Positions 13,376 through 29,400 of a stretch of 64,000 nucleotides of DNA are shown here, piece after piece. The notes beneath the pieces are model-generated. The model was given only the letters and a program-made list of their open reading frames with translations. It did not search any database and was not told the origin of the DNA. How positions within the stretch are numbered: the first letter of the stretch is position 1; the number at the start of each line of letters is the position of its first letter. Location of the stretch: positions 5,456,001-5,520,000 of the forward strand of contig OZ316775.1 of the NCBI GenBank assembly GCA_973851085.1, given 5' to 3'. A program made the translations under genes and the position numbers. Origin of the DNA: Ptychomitrium polyphyllum. Lineage: Eukaryota.

Positions 13376-13451
13376 GATATGAATGAGTGAACAAAAACAA
13401 GCATTATTATTTTGATATGAATGAGTGAATAAAAACAAGCATTATTATTTT
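13376..13451 (+). repeat. 38-bp tandem duplication
   Basis: GATATGAATGAGTGAA(C/T)AAAAACAAGCATTATTATTTT twice, next to the retroelement truncation point. Confidence 0.85.
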
Positions 13452-14741
13452 TTTAAATAATTGCATTAAAATTCTAAATACAACCTCTATGATATGTCAT
13501 TGGCTTTGGACAAAACATTATAAATTTCATGACACTTGAATGAATAAATAATCATAATGTGCTTGTATGAATTACATTGTATGAAGTAAATTTGTTTTAA
13601 TACAACAAATGGAAATAAACTATGATGAATATTGTATTACTAGGAATAAAAAATAAACATATATTTAAATGGTATCATATGTTCAGGATTGAAGAAGCCA
13701 TTGACAATGAATATATATTTTCCATCAATTACAATCCAATTCAAATTATTTGTTTTTGAATTTTTTTAAAAGCCCTTGTTAGTATATTTCTTTGGTTTGC
13801 TATGTAGACAATACCATTATATATTATAATAACTATATTTTGGGTTACTGCTTATTACCATTGAACAAATATAGCTTGTAATTTCTAATTCCTAAAAAAA
13901 AGAATAATTCTATATCATTCTTCCATGTCCACTAGACGTAGATTAAGCATTATAACCTTTTTTCTTCTTTGAAAACCAAATTTTTTGTTTCCATGTAGAA
14001 GAAGAAAAACTAGTTTTTCATTATTCACCATAAAAATTTAAAATTTATTTTTGTAAAAAAATTTTGTAACAAATTTAAAATTTCTTTTCTACAATATCCT
14101 CTTAATAATCATGTTTAGATATTGAAAACTTACTAATTAATATTAAATAAGTTCAAATTATATGATAATAAAAAAAAAATCCATGGATTTATTTCAAAAT
14201 TGTTATAAGTACTTTCCAACTATAGTTAATATTATAAAATTTCTATTCATTTGTATCAAATTTATTTTAGTCAAAATCTTAGTTCAATCCCATATGTTAT
14301 AGGATTTTCTTTCCTATAAATGTATAAAGAGTTTTCAAATATTTAAAAGGCTTTAAAAATTGAACATGTATAGTTTTTGATTATTTTTTGTACAATAAAT
14401 TTTATTTAATATGTTTTCAAATGCTTTAATATTTTTTTATGAAACCTTTTGAAAAACAAAATTGTAAGTATTATATAATATGAAACAAATTTCAAATAAA
14501 AACTAGTCATTTCTAAAAGTTTACAAGTATATTAATTAATGAAGTCCAAATAAAACTAATTATGATTTTCATTTTATATTTAATAAGTATGAAATTATAT
14601 ACTTTTGTAAAATCCAAATTAATTTGGTAAATTTACTTTAAAATTGTCTTGTTAGTCACTACAATTTAATTAATGTTTCCTTCAAATATAAATTTTATAA
14701 ATTAAAAAAGCCCAAAAATTTAAAACATTGTAGCTATATAC

Positions 14742-15387
14742 TGTTAGGGACACAAGAAACAAAAAGCAAAAACAAAGTGTTTCTCAAAAATTAGCTTCCC
14801 AAGAGCTATTGATTAATAAGAACTTAATACAAAGATTAGAACAAGGCAGGATTCAAGATGATCCACAACTTGTGTTAGCAAAACTAAGGAATACCTTGTC
14901 TTGCCTCCTATTTATACTATGATGCTTGTATTTTCTAAGATACTTCTAAAGAAGCTTCATACGAGGCTTAAGAAAATTCTAGAAGTCTAAGAAATCTTCC
15001 CAAGAAGTTTCCTAAGATATTGGAACCTTCCTAAGAAGCTTCCAAGGACTTAGAACCTTCCATAGAAGTTTTCTTAGATGTTGGAACCTTCTTTGGAAGT
15101 TTTCTAAAGTAGTCGAATCTTCTTAGGAAGTTTCTTAAAGAGGTAGAATCTCCTTAAGGAAGTTTCTTGAGATGGTGGACCTTTCCTAAGAAGTTTTCTA
15201 AGGTGATGGAATCATACTAGGAAGTTTTTTAAGGTGGAGGAACTTTCTTAGGAACTTTCTTAGGAAGCTTTTTATGAACATGAAAAGGCTTTGGAGACAT
15301 TTAAAAGTATTCTAAGAAGCTACTATAATATACCAGAAGATTCTAGAATGTTTTAAAGACTATGTTGCATGATCTATGTCCATGACA
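14742..15387 (-). repeat. RLG1-like solo LTR
   Basis: TGTTAGGGACACAAG...TGTCCATGACA, homologous to the LTRs at 42377 and 48321; flanks TATAC/CATAC form a near-perfect 5-bp TSD. Confidence 0.92.
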
Positions 15388-16817
15388 CATACATTGTATG
15401 TTTATAAAAATGTTTTATTATATGAAAAAAATCTTATTTAGGTAGTAGTATAAAGGAATTTGACTTGATGTTGATAAATTTTTTTGAAATACTTTCTTTG
15501 CAAGAATATTGCATACCACATGCATTTTCTTGTTGTCTACAATGTTTACAAAATAAAAAACAAAGAATCATATTATTTTTAATAATCTTAGAAATAGCTT
15601 GCAAACAACAAAGCATTGCATTGTTATATTTATAAAAACCATTAGTATACCAACAAATATAGCATAATAGAGAAAGATCAATTAGACATTTTTAAATTAT
15701 GTAATAATTGTTGAATATGCCTTTGAAGCAATTTTGGAAAAGTCAATATGTACATATTGAAAATACAATGTTTCAAATTGTTTGTACCAACTTAATATAT
15801 TATTATCCAAGATGATATATGGATTATATAATAAGTAATTAGTGAATACAAAGATGTTAAATATGGTAGAATACAAAAGGTAATATTTTTATTACATTTT
15901 ATTGCAATCAATATACATTTTAAGAAAATAAATTCAAAAATTACTTAAAATAAAGCGATACTTGGAGATATATATCTGAAAAGAATATTACAGAAACCTC
16001 TAAGAATTAATATGTTGTTTATTTTCTGTTGGCTCTTACTTCTATTCCAAAAACCAAATTCCTTTAAGAGTAAAAATCTTCATGCTCTTGCTTATATTCA
16101 ACTTTGTATAAATGAATTATGAACAAAATTAAAAAGATTGCTATTAAATATAAAGAAGTTGAAAAACAATGGATCCATATCATTTGACATAACAAAACAA
16201 ACTTACTTTATACATTGAATACATTTTAAAAACATTGATGCAATAAAAATTTGATCATCCATTTCATTAAAAATTAGAAAATTAGATTGTAAGATGTTCT
16301 TATTGCATATAATATTGATATATTGCATATATAACAATATATGACTTATAAAAATGACCATTAGGAACGATGACTTATGTTAAAGGGGCCATGTAAAGGA
16401 GTCCGTGAACTCAAAGATTGAAACATTTGAATTCAGTTACTGCCGCCATGTCTCAGCTTGTAAGGTAGAGAAAATAATGATAAAATTCGAGGGAGCCCTA
16501 CCATGAAATGTGAGAAACCGCAGACGACTCGGACGGAGGAGAATGCGCATTGAGAGGGTAGAGACGCACCCAAATCCGTGACTAGTCCTAGACCAACAAA
16601 AATTACATGAGGCGTACACTCCACTCTTAGAAATTCCTTACAGTGGTAAAATACTTCGGTTTTCGGTATAGTGGCGGTTTTGAGTTTAGATCCCGTGACC
16701 TAAACAAAAACCACGAAGTAAACTTGAGTTTCGTAGAGCTTCGAGTTGCTCGACTCGTTGCGAACTTCCAAGCAAGGGCCTCATTGTTCTCCCACATTGG
16801 TGCCCCACGATCCGGCC

Positions 16818-18512
<1,695 letters not shown>

Positions 18513-21500
18513 GTGATGAACACACCTGTAGTCCGTTTGGTGCCATGAATGTTTGCAGCATTAGTGAGTCTTCCTCTCTTAATACGATTCTTTTATTAGA
18601 TACCCCACTTGACAATGTATTTGTTCTTAAGTGTGTATTAGTCAGGATTAGATCTTGCTGTCGTATTTCTGTTGAAGCGACAGGGTAGGGAGTAGGACAC
18701 GTCTGTGCTTGCAGGTGGTACTACAACTGCCAAATCTGTTCCACTGTAACGTAAGTCCTGCGTTTGATGCAGGTTCGTGACCTTTTACACAAGCAGAGAT
18801 TCTTTCTAACCGATAAATCCAAGCGATATTCAGAGGAGGAACATAAGGTGTGCAAACTTATCTTGCTGATTTTTTGAGGTTAGAAGTTCTAGCAACAGTT
18901 GTGATGATTTGAAGGTTATTTCCTTAGCGAAACATATAGGGAAGATTCAATATCAGAACATTTGCTGTGGTTTGTGGGGGCAGTATTGGAGAGCTCTTAA
19001 AGTTTGTACTGAAAACTCGTCACTCTCCCCTTGTATAGTTACAATGACAGACGTCATGTTGTTCGTTTGTCGTCATCGTGAGAACATTGTACGGCACATC
19101 TCCCTGCTAAAGATATCTACATACATACATTGCTCTGGTGGTTGATTGTGGATTTCAAACATTATCGGCTTGTATCTGTTCAATCACATTTCTTGCCTCG
19201 TGTAGTCGATACTGTGGTGCTCATCGATAATCCAGTGGTATTACTCTTTTTCTTTTACAATGCCTGGTATCTTGGTTCAAACTTACGAAGGTCGACTCTT
19301 TTATTGACACCTAAAATAGTAACTTCACTATGACTGTTCTCAAACTCTGGTTTTGAAAATGTTTGACTAAACACTAGTGGGACATGACAAATTCGATTTG
19401 AAGGTTATCCTGATTTTTGATCTAATCAGACTTTGATTCATTGCTTCCGACTCGTTCGATACCCACGGAATGTCATCCTGCTGTCAGATAGCAATTATGT
19501 GCATGCATGCGGGCGTCAATGCGTCAGAATGGTACATCGTACTCAGCTTTTTAACCAAGTTACAGAAATCCAGGTACAAACCACTCCAGATTTACAATGA
19601 CTTACGTTTTGTTAGTTTCCAAAAACAACAAAAAATAAATTGTCGATACACAATAATTCCTGATAGCAATCACCTTATTCCATCGGATCCTTTTTGAAGT
19701 TTTTTATGTAACATAACTTGTATATTTCAATACAAAAGCTTATTGAAATATCAGAAGTACCCTGTGTGACGCTTAAGCTTAAATATAGTGCTTGTTGTTG
19801 AGATCCATTCATTCAAAGACCTACATCTCAGCCACAAATGTACACAAGAAAATCCTCCTCAACAATTTCTCCTTTTGTGACCAGACTGGATCTCTACATG
19901 TTGAGTTTTCATAAGGACAAATTATTACTTCCTGATTTTAAATAAATAAATTACAAATTCAAATTTAAGAATTACATATACATATATGCACACAAAAGGT
20001 GCACGATGTTACGTAGAATTGTAATAAAATTATGGCTTAATGAGTATCTTTAAATGATAAAGGTTGGTTTTGAAAGAATTGAATTCTTTTCAAGTTTTAT
20101 AAATGTTTCTAGAAATTCTAAGATTTTTGAATAGTTTCTTTTAAAGATAAAATTGTGTAAATTTATGAAATTTTGCAATTGAAAGTTATACTTTTTCCAA
20201 ATTTGATTGCATAACATAGAAGAATATGATTTAAATTAGAACCATATATAAAAAGTATATAATATATCTTTGAATTGTAGTACATGTATATTAATGCCAT
20301 CTTTTGATTCTATTTAATGTGTATCAAAGTTATATGTAGATTGTATATATTTACTAATGTTACATATACCTTTTGATTATATAATATGTATATAATATTA
20401 AAATTGCATACAAATTGGAGTTTGCACCTCCAATAGAAGTATTTATTCGAGGTTGTTTATATCATAATCAGCATTAGGCACTTGCATTAAATATTATATC
20501 TTGTCATAATAACAATCATATTCTTGAATTTTGGTTGATTTTGTTAAAAAATTCATTTGGTAAACAAATATTTAAAGGAATTCATATGAGACTTAAAGGA
20601 CTAACATAAAGCATTTTGGTATTCGAAGGTAATTTGACAAGCTTTCAATACCAGTTACAAATAACAATTAAACGTTCCATTGAATTCACCGTAATCCTAC
20701 TTGGAACTGTTCACGGAGATTTAATACCCTACCAGCATTCAGAAGAATACAACAACAATAACCCACTTCAAGTACACAAAACCGTGCACTCACGGCAAAC
20801 CACAGTAAATGCAAAGAAATCACTTTCAAATGAAGGAGAAATCTACTCTTTCTACAAGTGCCATGATCAAGTAATTTCCAAGAAATCTTGCACGACTTGA
20901 AGATACCGGAGCCCATGACAATCGAATATCGGTGTACAACAATTTCTCCGTTTTTTTAAACTTACGAAATGAACGTCATTGAGTGGTGAACTGTAAGCAA
21001 CCCACGCACAGAAGCCAGACGATCTATGCCCTGTATAGATTAGAGAAGGGCGACTCTGGTTTGTTTACACATTACAAATTACAATAAGGGCATACGTACA
21101 GCGGCGGTGGATAACGTCGTTTTCGGGTAAGTATCCCATCGTGGAATTGGAACTCCTCAGCGGTAAATTTCAAACTCGCCGGAAGTGACGTCACAAACGT
21201 AGATTTGAAAATGGCACAGGAAACCGGGAGATCCAAGCTATTTGGAGCAAGCAAAAAACACCGGGTGCTTGCGAGCGGAAAAACAAACACCGATGTGAGA
21301 GTGAGGGTGAGGGTGAGCCAGCTCGATTGTTGGATGAAGGTCACAAGTGCCAGCTAGACTTTTTTCCTAAAGCAACCAAGCGCAGCCCGGCTTCCGAGCC
21401 GCGCCCCTTTTCTATCTCCCTCGCGTGCCCCTCGTTCGCATTCTCCATTCTTGCTCCTCTGCTGTGCTCGTCCCCTCTACTCCGCTCTCCATAGCCGCGG

Positions 21501-21572
21501 CCCCAGGCCAACTCTCCCTCGCTTACCACTCTTGCGGCCTAGGAGCGCACACGCATCCGCATCGTTCGTAAG

Positions 21573-22664
21573 GTCAGTGCCGTTATTTCTACTGTCTCGA
21601 TGCCGCCTGTGATCTTCTTTCCTTTCGGCGGTTAGTTTCTTGATGTAGTGGAGAGAGGTTGTATCGGAGCCTAGGTTTTCAGCGACATTAGCGGTGCGTT
21701 AGGCAATGTGGAAGGGTGCAGTGGTTCTGTGGCGAGACTTTCAATGATCTCCTTGAAAGATGTGATCTAGTTTCTCTTCGGCGCTTGTTTCTTGGTGCGG
21801 TGGAGGATGAGTTCGAATCGGAACTTAGGTTTTCGTGTCGTTAGTGCGTCAGTTTGGCAATGTGGACGGGTGAAGTTTGCTTCTATGAGGAGATTTTTAG
21901 TTGCGGTGCCGGCTGTGATCTAACTCTTCTTGATGTGCCGGAGGCGAGTTTGAATCAGAGCTTAGGTTTTCCATTCTCTGCAGAAATGTGGAAGAGTCAA
22001 GTGTGCTTCTGCGAGGAGGTTTTTAGTTGTGGCGTTCGTATTAGAGATGAATCTTGTGTTGGTGAGGGTATTAAGGTGTGTTTTCCGGGGTTTCGTGGCG
22101 TGGTGTGGCGTGGCGTGGCATTTCTGATTGGAGTTAGTGAGTTCGTCGACGGATTGGTCGGGAAGAGTAGGTTGAGATGCTTGTTGAGGGTGGATCCAGT
22201 TGTGCGATGGATCTGCGTTGTTAGATGTTTTTACTATCGTTTACGGATGTTTCTGTGCACAGTATAGTCGGGAGTTGTGCTTTTCAATTGGCGGGCGTAA
22301 TTGTGGTTCCAAAATAATGTCCTAGCTCTTTAGGATAATATACTCGCGGCAACAGATTTTGGAAGATAGGAATGGTGTGTTTGTTGGAGGTTTGACTCCG
22401 ATCCGAAGATTAAGGCGCGCCGGGCGTAACGGTGTCTGCTGTGCTTGACGTTTTGGTAATCTTGTATTTGTTTATCTTTATTTGAGAACTGTAGGCTTGG
22501 CTGACACGACTATTGTCTGCACTGTCGAGTGTGAACTGTCGTCCGTGACAGTTTTTTCCAGACTATTCGATCTGATGTGCTTTACTTCTGACCTAACGGC
22601 GTGGTCCAAGCCTTGTTCCTAATATTGGTTTTAACCAAACTCCTGCCGTGCTTTTGATGTGCAG
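21573..22664 (+). other. 5'-UTR (leader) intron of the actin gene
   Basis: AAG|GTCAGT donor after a CT-rich leader; TGTGCAG acceptor 14 nt before the ATG; typical plant actin arrangement. Confidence 0.7.
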
Positions 22665-22678
22665 AGTTACTCGTTGCA

Positions 22679-24317
<1,639 letters not shown>

Positions 24318-26231
24318 ATTAGTGCCTTAGTCTGATTTTCTTATCCTTCGGCATCCATCCTAATCTTCCGGGAAGCTCTCACACTCACATTGGTCTGGTT
24401 ATAGTAAGTTTCGAAATAGCTAGACAGTTGGGAGAGGTTGATGGGAAGGTACTGGAGCATTTTTTGGAGATTGCTCGATTGAAGAGCACCACTGTAGGCA
24501 TTTACTTAATGTTGTTTCCATTACTGAAAGTCTGGTGCATCTGTGAGACTCGTCTATATGAGTTTTACTTATTAGATTCTATGCTGTGGTGTATGTTTCT
24601 GTTGGTATAGCATCCAGCAGGGCTGCGTTTTGTTTTGATATTCTTCTTTGTAGGGAGGTGTAGAGTATTGGATACTGTCTCTTTGCAGACAGTACTGCAG
24701 TTCTTACTGATGTGTTTTCGGTACCATTGCCTTCCCTGCAATATTTGTATATTCGTGATTTGAAAAGTTATCATAATTTCCTACTGGAATTAGTGGTTGT
24801 GGATATGAATTGCATGTGTCTTGGGTGTATACATTATGTGCTTTTGCTTCATAACCTTGATCACTTTGTATGAATCACGAATGTGTATCGTTCTTGGTAG
24901 TGTACTTCAACACATACTTTTCCAGTTATGTAAGTGCAGGACGTAGAGTATGTAAATTCCGTTGGTCACCGAGCCACCCTGCAGTGTGGTGTCCATCTTC
25001 TCTTTCAATACGAGAGCACTATCCAAAGTCTCTTCGGCGCCTTTGCATTTTTGTCACTCTTGTTTTGTAATGGAATTTAGATTCATTTTCTTAAGAAAAC
25101 GGGAGAAAGGTTCGTTCGAAAAGTAGAAGTAGGGAAAGTCATTTCACACTTGCTTCACGGAGAATACCTAATCTCCTGCACAAGAACAATAACTAAAGGG
25201 CATCCTGCTGCGTACAGAAACAACCACATCCTGTATTAAACCACGTGATATCCTAATGATTCAGCAAATAATTAAAAAGAACTGGATTACTTGCGAAGAC
25301 CACTGGCTAAGCCTCCAAGCTCCTCAACGAACTCTTCACAAATAGATTACTTCAGACATGACCGCAGCCATCTCCAACTGCATTAAACGGATCACTTACA
25401 ACCTCCAGCCAAGTCCCCACACTCCACAAACGATACTTCACGTAGTTTGGAGCAAACATAGGAAGAAGTTCCTCCAGCAATCTTTAACTGCATGTCTTCA
25501 AACCATCATCTTCTCGTCTGTTGTACTTAGGCGCTTCAAGCTTTAGACATGAATGCAGCGTCCCCAATCATAAAACTATCTCCAAACGTCACTCTGTTTC
25601 GATTTTTCGTTTATTCTAACACAGAGAAGCTGTTTTCATGAGCGTTCAATCAAGCCACATTCGAAGCTTTTTTATAATATAAGCAGATTATTTCTAAATT
25701 GCCATCCTATTAATGAACTTATAAAACCTACTGTTGCTCACAGTATTGAGCTGATCTGAGCCGCTTCAAATAGCATCTGTGCAAACTCTTCAGTGGAAAC
25801 CCCTTCCAGCAAGAAATGGCGTTGCTGCAGAAAATTTAGTAGTCACAAAACACTAGTTACAACCTCTGGAAGCCTGCGAGGTGAGTTCAAGTAAATCGAA
25901 ACTGACAGCCATTACAGATAACACCTTAAGTCTGTATTCCTTGGAACAGGAAGTGCCAGATTTGGATCTACGTGTATCCTCTTGTGTAGCTCTGTGCCTC
26001 GAAACACGGGATGTGCGGCAATGAAAAGTATGAGAGCCTCAGTATTCTTTCAGTGTCCCAGAAAACTTATGTTTAATCTCGGAACTTTGTATCTTCAGGA
26101 ATCTATCATGTTAGTTATTTACAACCACACACACAGGCCGACAACATAAAAAAAATCTCAGAAACATCTGGCGAACCGGAAGGTAATGGCAAAAACTCCC
26201 TTTCTGATTCATCAAACAATAGCACTTTTCT

Positions 26232-26447
26232 GTATAGCGTTCAATCCTTCTGTATACCATAGCTGGCGAGAGTTTGGGACTCAAGAAGTTTTGTTCCTTG
26301 GTAAACAGTGCACCAAGACCTTTAAGAGTGGATGCTTTTTGTTTTTGATATTGCTTTCCTGATGGTGTTGACGGTGGTATCTGATTCCACCAATAAATTT
26401 GAAAGAGTTTTAACATCAGGAGATCTTACAAAAACTAGGAACAGAGT
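26232..26447 (-). pseudogene. Decayed ubiquitin-like domain (two in-frame stops)
   Basis: Manual translation TLFLVFVRSPDVKTLSNLLVESDTTVNTIRKAISKTKSIHS*RSWCTVYQGTKLLESQTLASYGIQKD*TLY follows the ubiquitin pattern (IFVKT...VESSDTI...LIFAGKQL...TLADYNIQKESTL). Confidence 0.7.
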
Positions 26448-29400
26448 TCCGCAGTAGTCACAAATCTTTCTATTCTTTTTCTTCGTCTTGTTTTCTTCAA
26501 ACTGCAGAAGAGCAAATCACTTCGTTCATCTTCGTTTGGAAATCAGAGATTTACTATTGTATTAGAAACTTGAGTAGATTATGAGAGCAAAGCAAAAAAA
26601 CGAGTACGATAGTGGAAACAAAATCAGGCTTACAGGTGCAGCATTCTTACTAGAGAAGCTTATAAGCTTGCATAATTCAAAAAGAGTATTGACAAGGAAA
26701 AGACTTACAACAGAAAGATTTCGTTTAAAGAGTTGTGAACAGCTTGACTTCTCCGCAAAAGGCGAACATTATAGTTGTCGAGAGATGAGAAAGCGTGACT
26801 GATGGCAGCTTCAAATTAGCTTTTCTAAGTTTATACGGGTCTAACATATCCCACATGCTATATGAAGTTTCTTGCGTGTAAGGGAAACTTGATATAGCAT
26901 CGGACAACAAATCACGGGGTTCACTCTATGTGAGAGGGACACACTATGCTATCTCCTTGGACTTCTATGGAATCCGTAGACCCATCCTATGGACTTCTCA
27001 GAGCTTCGAGTCCAAAATCTTGATCAATTAAGCCTGCAAGATGTTATATTTCGTCTTCTTAAGTCATGCTCTCTCTTGAAGCATACACTGCTATTGAGAC
27101 AATTTCTCTAACGAGTCAGGGCTGTAGATCTGTGATGTCTTCAGCCTCCCGGTGAGACAATTTGGACGATACATAAGCCTGGATTGCATCCTCACACCGC
27201 ATCGGACGCCTGAGAACACCTGGATCCCGAAGCCACACCAGCTTCTTTGGACCAACCCTGTCTATTTACACCTCTCCTTCTGCAATACATTTATGATTTA
27301 TCCAAGGTTTCGCTGATATTAGAAAATATGAAGCGTTCATTTGTGTGGGTATCTCGTCACAATTGCGCAGAAATTCACTGAGCAATACGTCCAAATGAAT
27401 TGATGTTTTCTGTATTCAAGCAGAGGTCAATCATATTTACTCCCGATTCTTGTAATGTTGCATCCACAAACTTAGGGTGGAGCTTTGTAAGCACTATCAG
27501 AAGGTCAACCATGTCACGCGTGTTCCCGTATGCCATGATCTGTGCTTTCCTTCTCGATAAACCTCTGACAACGTTCATGGAGGATTTCCGGTGCCAGAGC
27601 CACTGAAAAACCATGAGTTTTCAACGGGCGGATTAGGCATCTCATACCATTTGTGAACCACCTAATGTTGATCAAAATATGTCTCAACAAGATTGCAAAT
27701 TCTGTCATGCCAATCAGGTTGTGGCATTGTAGAAAAGAAAGCAGATTAAACACTTTCACGGAAATGGTCACGAGGCCCAGAATCAATGAGGCGGATGTGT
27801 AGAACAATTACCTCTGTGAATCCGAGAGAATTTGACACGGAAAGTAAATTGAGGGCATTTTCCTTCGTAATGTGAATACTGGAACCGTAACAAAAGTTCT
27901 GATCAATTCAAAAGTTTGACTACCCCCTGGTAAAATAAGAAGAATATGAAGTTCTAAACGTTCTTTTCTATTAGATATTTTCTTCTCTAAAGGAGAGTTC
28001 CTGGAAAAAGAGTACTTGAGAGCATATGATTAGGCATTGAAATCGAATACCCTCGATTGCAACCTCGAACTCAAAAATGTCTGCTAGAAGTCTTTGCATT
28101 GGACCAGGGCCAGCATCAGCAAGCTCTGATCCCAATCCTATGTTCCTCAAGTTGTTATATTGGCAGGAGAAAGTTGCACTCTGCGTTATGGAACATGGAA
28201 GCTAATTGTATGATAACCACCATAACCTAGAATGTACTATGTATTGTAAAATTGTAAAAGATGACGGGCTCGCAGATTGATATCGAGCAATTAGGAGCCT
28301 AGCTAGAATTTCAGCTCACCTTCAGGGCGCAGAAATCCACACCGTTTTCTTAACCGAAATTTCAGCTAACAGAAATCCACACCGTTTCCTTAACCGAAAT
28401 GAGATTCACTACTCGGATTTAATTGATGTTCTATGTCAAGAGGTCCGTTCTACAGCACTCTAAAAGCAGAGAGTAGAACGCAATAGCTACTCACAGGCTT
28501 AACTCTGGCTTCTCTGGCTTCTCGGTTTCTGCTGTGCTCTTCGACTCAGCTTTGCGCAACTCGTCGGTACTTTCGGTGGCTAATTTCTCTAGATGTAGTT
28601 TAGTCTCAGGCTTACCCCCTGCTTTCCAGAAGATTGTAAGCCAGATACCCTATTGAGCTCTTTTACCATTGCCTCATTTGCTTTCGTCCCAAATAGTATC
28701 CACCTTTCCGAAGCTGGTGTGACGCTACATCATAAATGAACTCAAAAGACAGTTAGCACTCTCTGTCTTTGCTACCAGTCATTACCAGATGCCTAAAGCT
28801 CGCGCCATGACCACCCTCGAGATCTCGTCACGTCAACACTGTGGCCAAAGCTTCTTTGGGATGAACGCCATAATCTTCTCATCTGTCTACCGACAGTCCA
28901 AGAATGCTTCAAAAATTGAGAATTTAAGAACTCCAACATTCAATTTCCAGCAAGGAAAGATTTACAAGGGCAAATGTTGAAGATCCTAACTTCTGAGAAG
29001 ACACGGAGACGCTTGATTTAAAACTGTTTCTCCCTCAGAAGTAGCGAGCTCGACGACAGGATTCAGAACAAACTACAAATGAAACGCGATACCATGTCAT
29101 CACTACGTCAGAGAATCGTAACCTAGCACAATTTGACTCTCAATATAATATAGCACCGATTCAGCGATCCGTACACAGGAAGTTTACCTGTGTACGACCT
29201 AACTTAGTCCTCTCCATATCTTGCTTCACATCCTTATACGAAACAGATACATGTCAAATACTAGGTATGCCCGCAACGCCAATATGCTAATAATTAGAAA
29301 AATTCTACATTATTGTAATCCTGTTCTACATACATACAATGTTCGTAATCAGATCATACCCGGTCTCTGCAAGCTAACAAGAAAGTTTTAAAAAATGCTC

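Noticed and set aside
21854..22267. 137-codon ORF upstream of actin
   Set aside because: It lies within the leader intron and reflects its repeats and GT-rich composition
28330..28400. 31-bp direct repeat with 40-bp period (and the 10-bp x3 repeat at 56551-56580)
   Set aside because: Simple local duplications; two or three copies only, with no associated system
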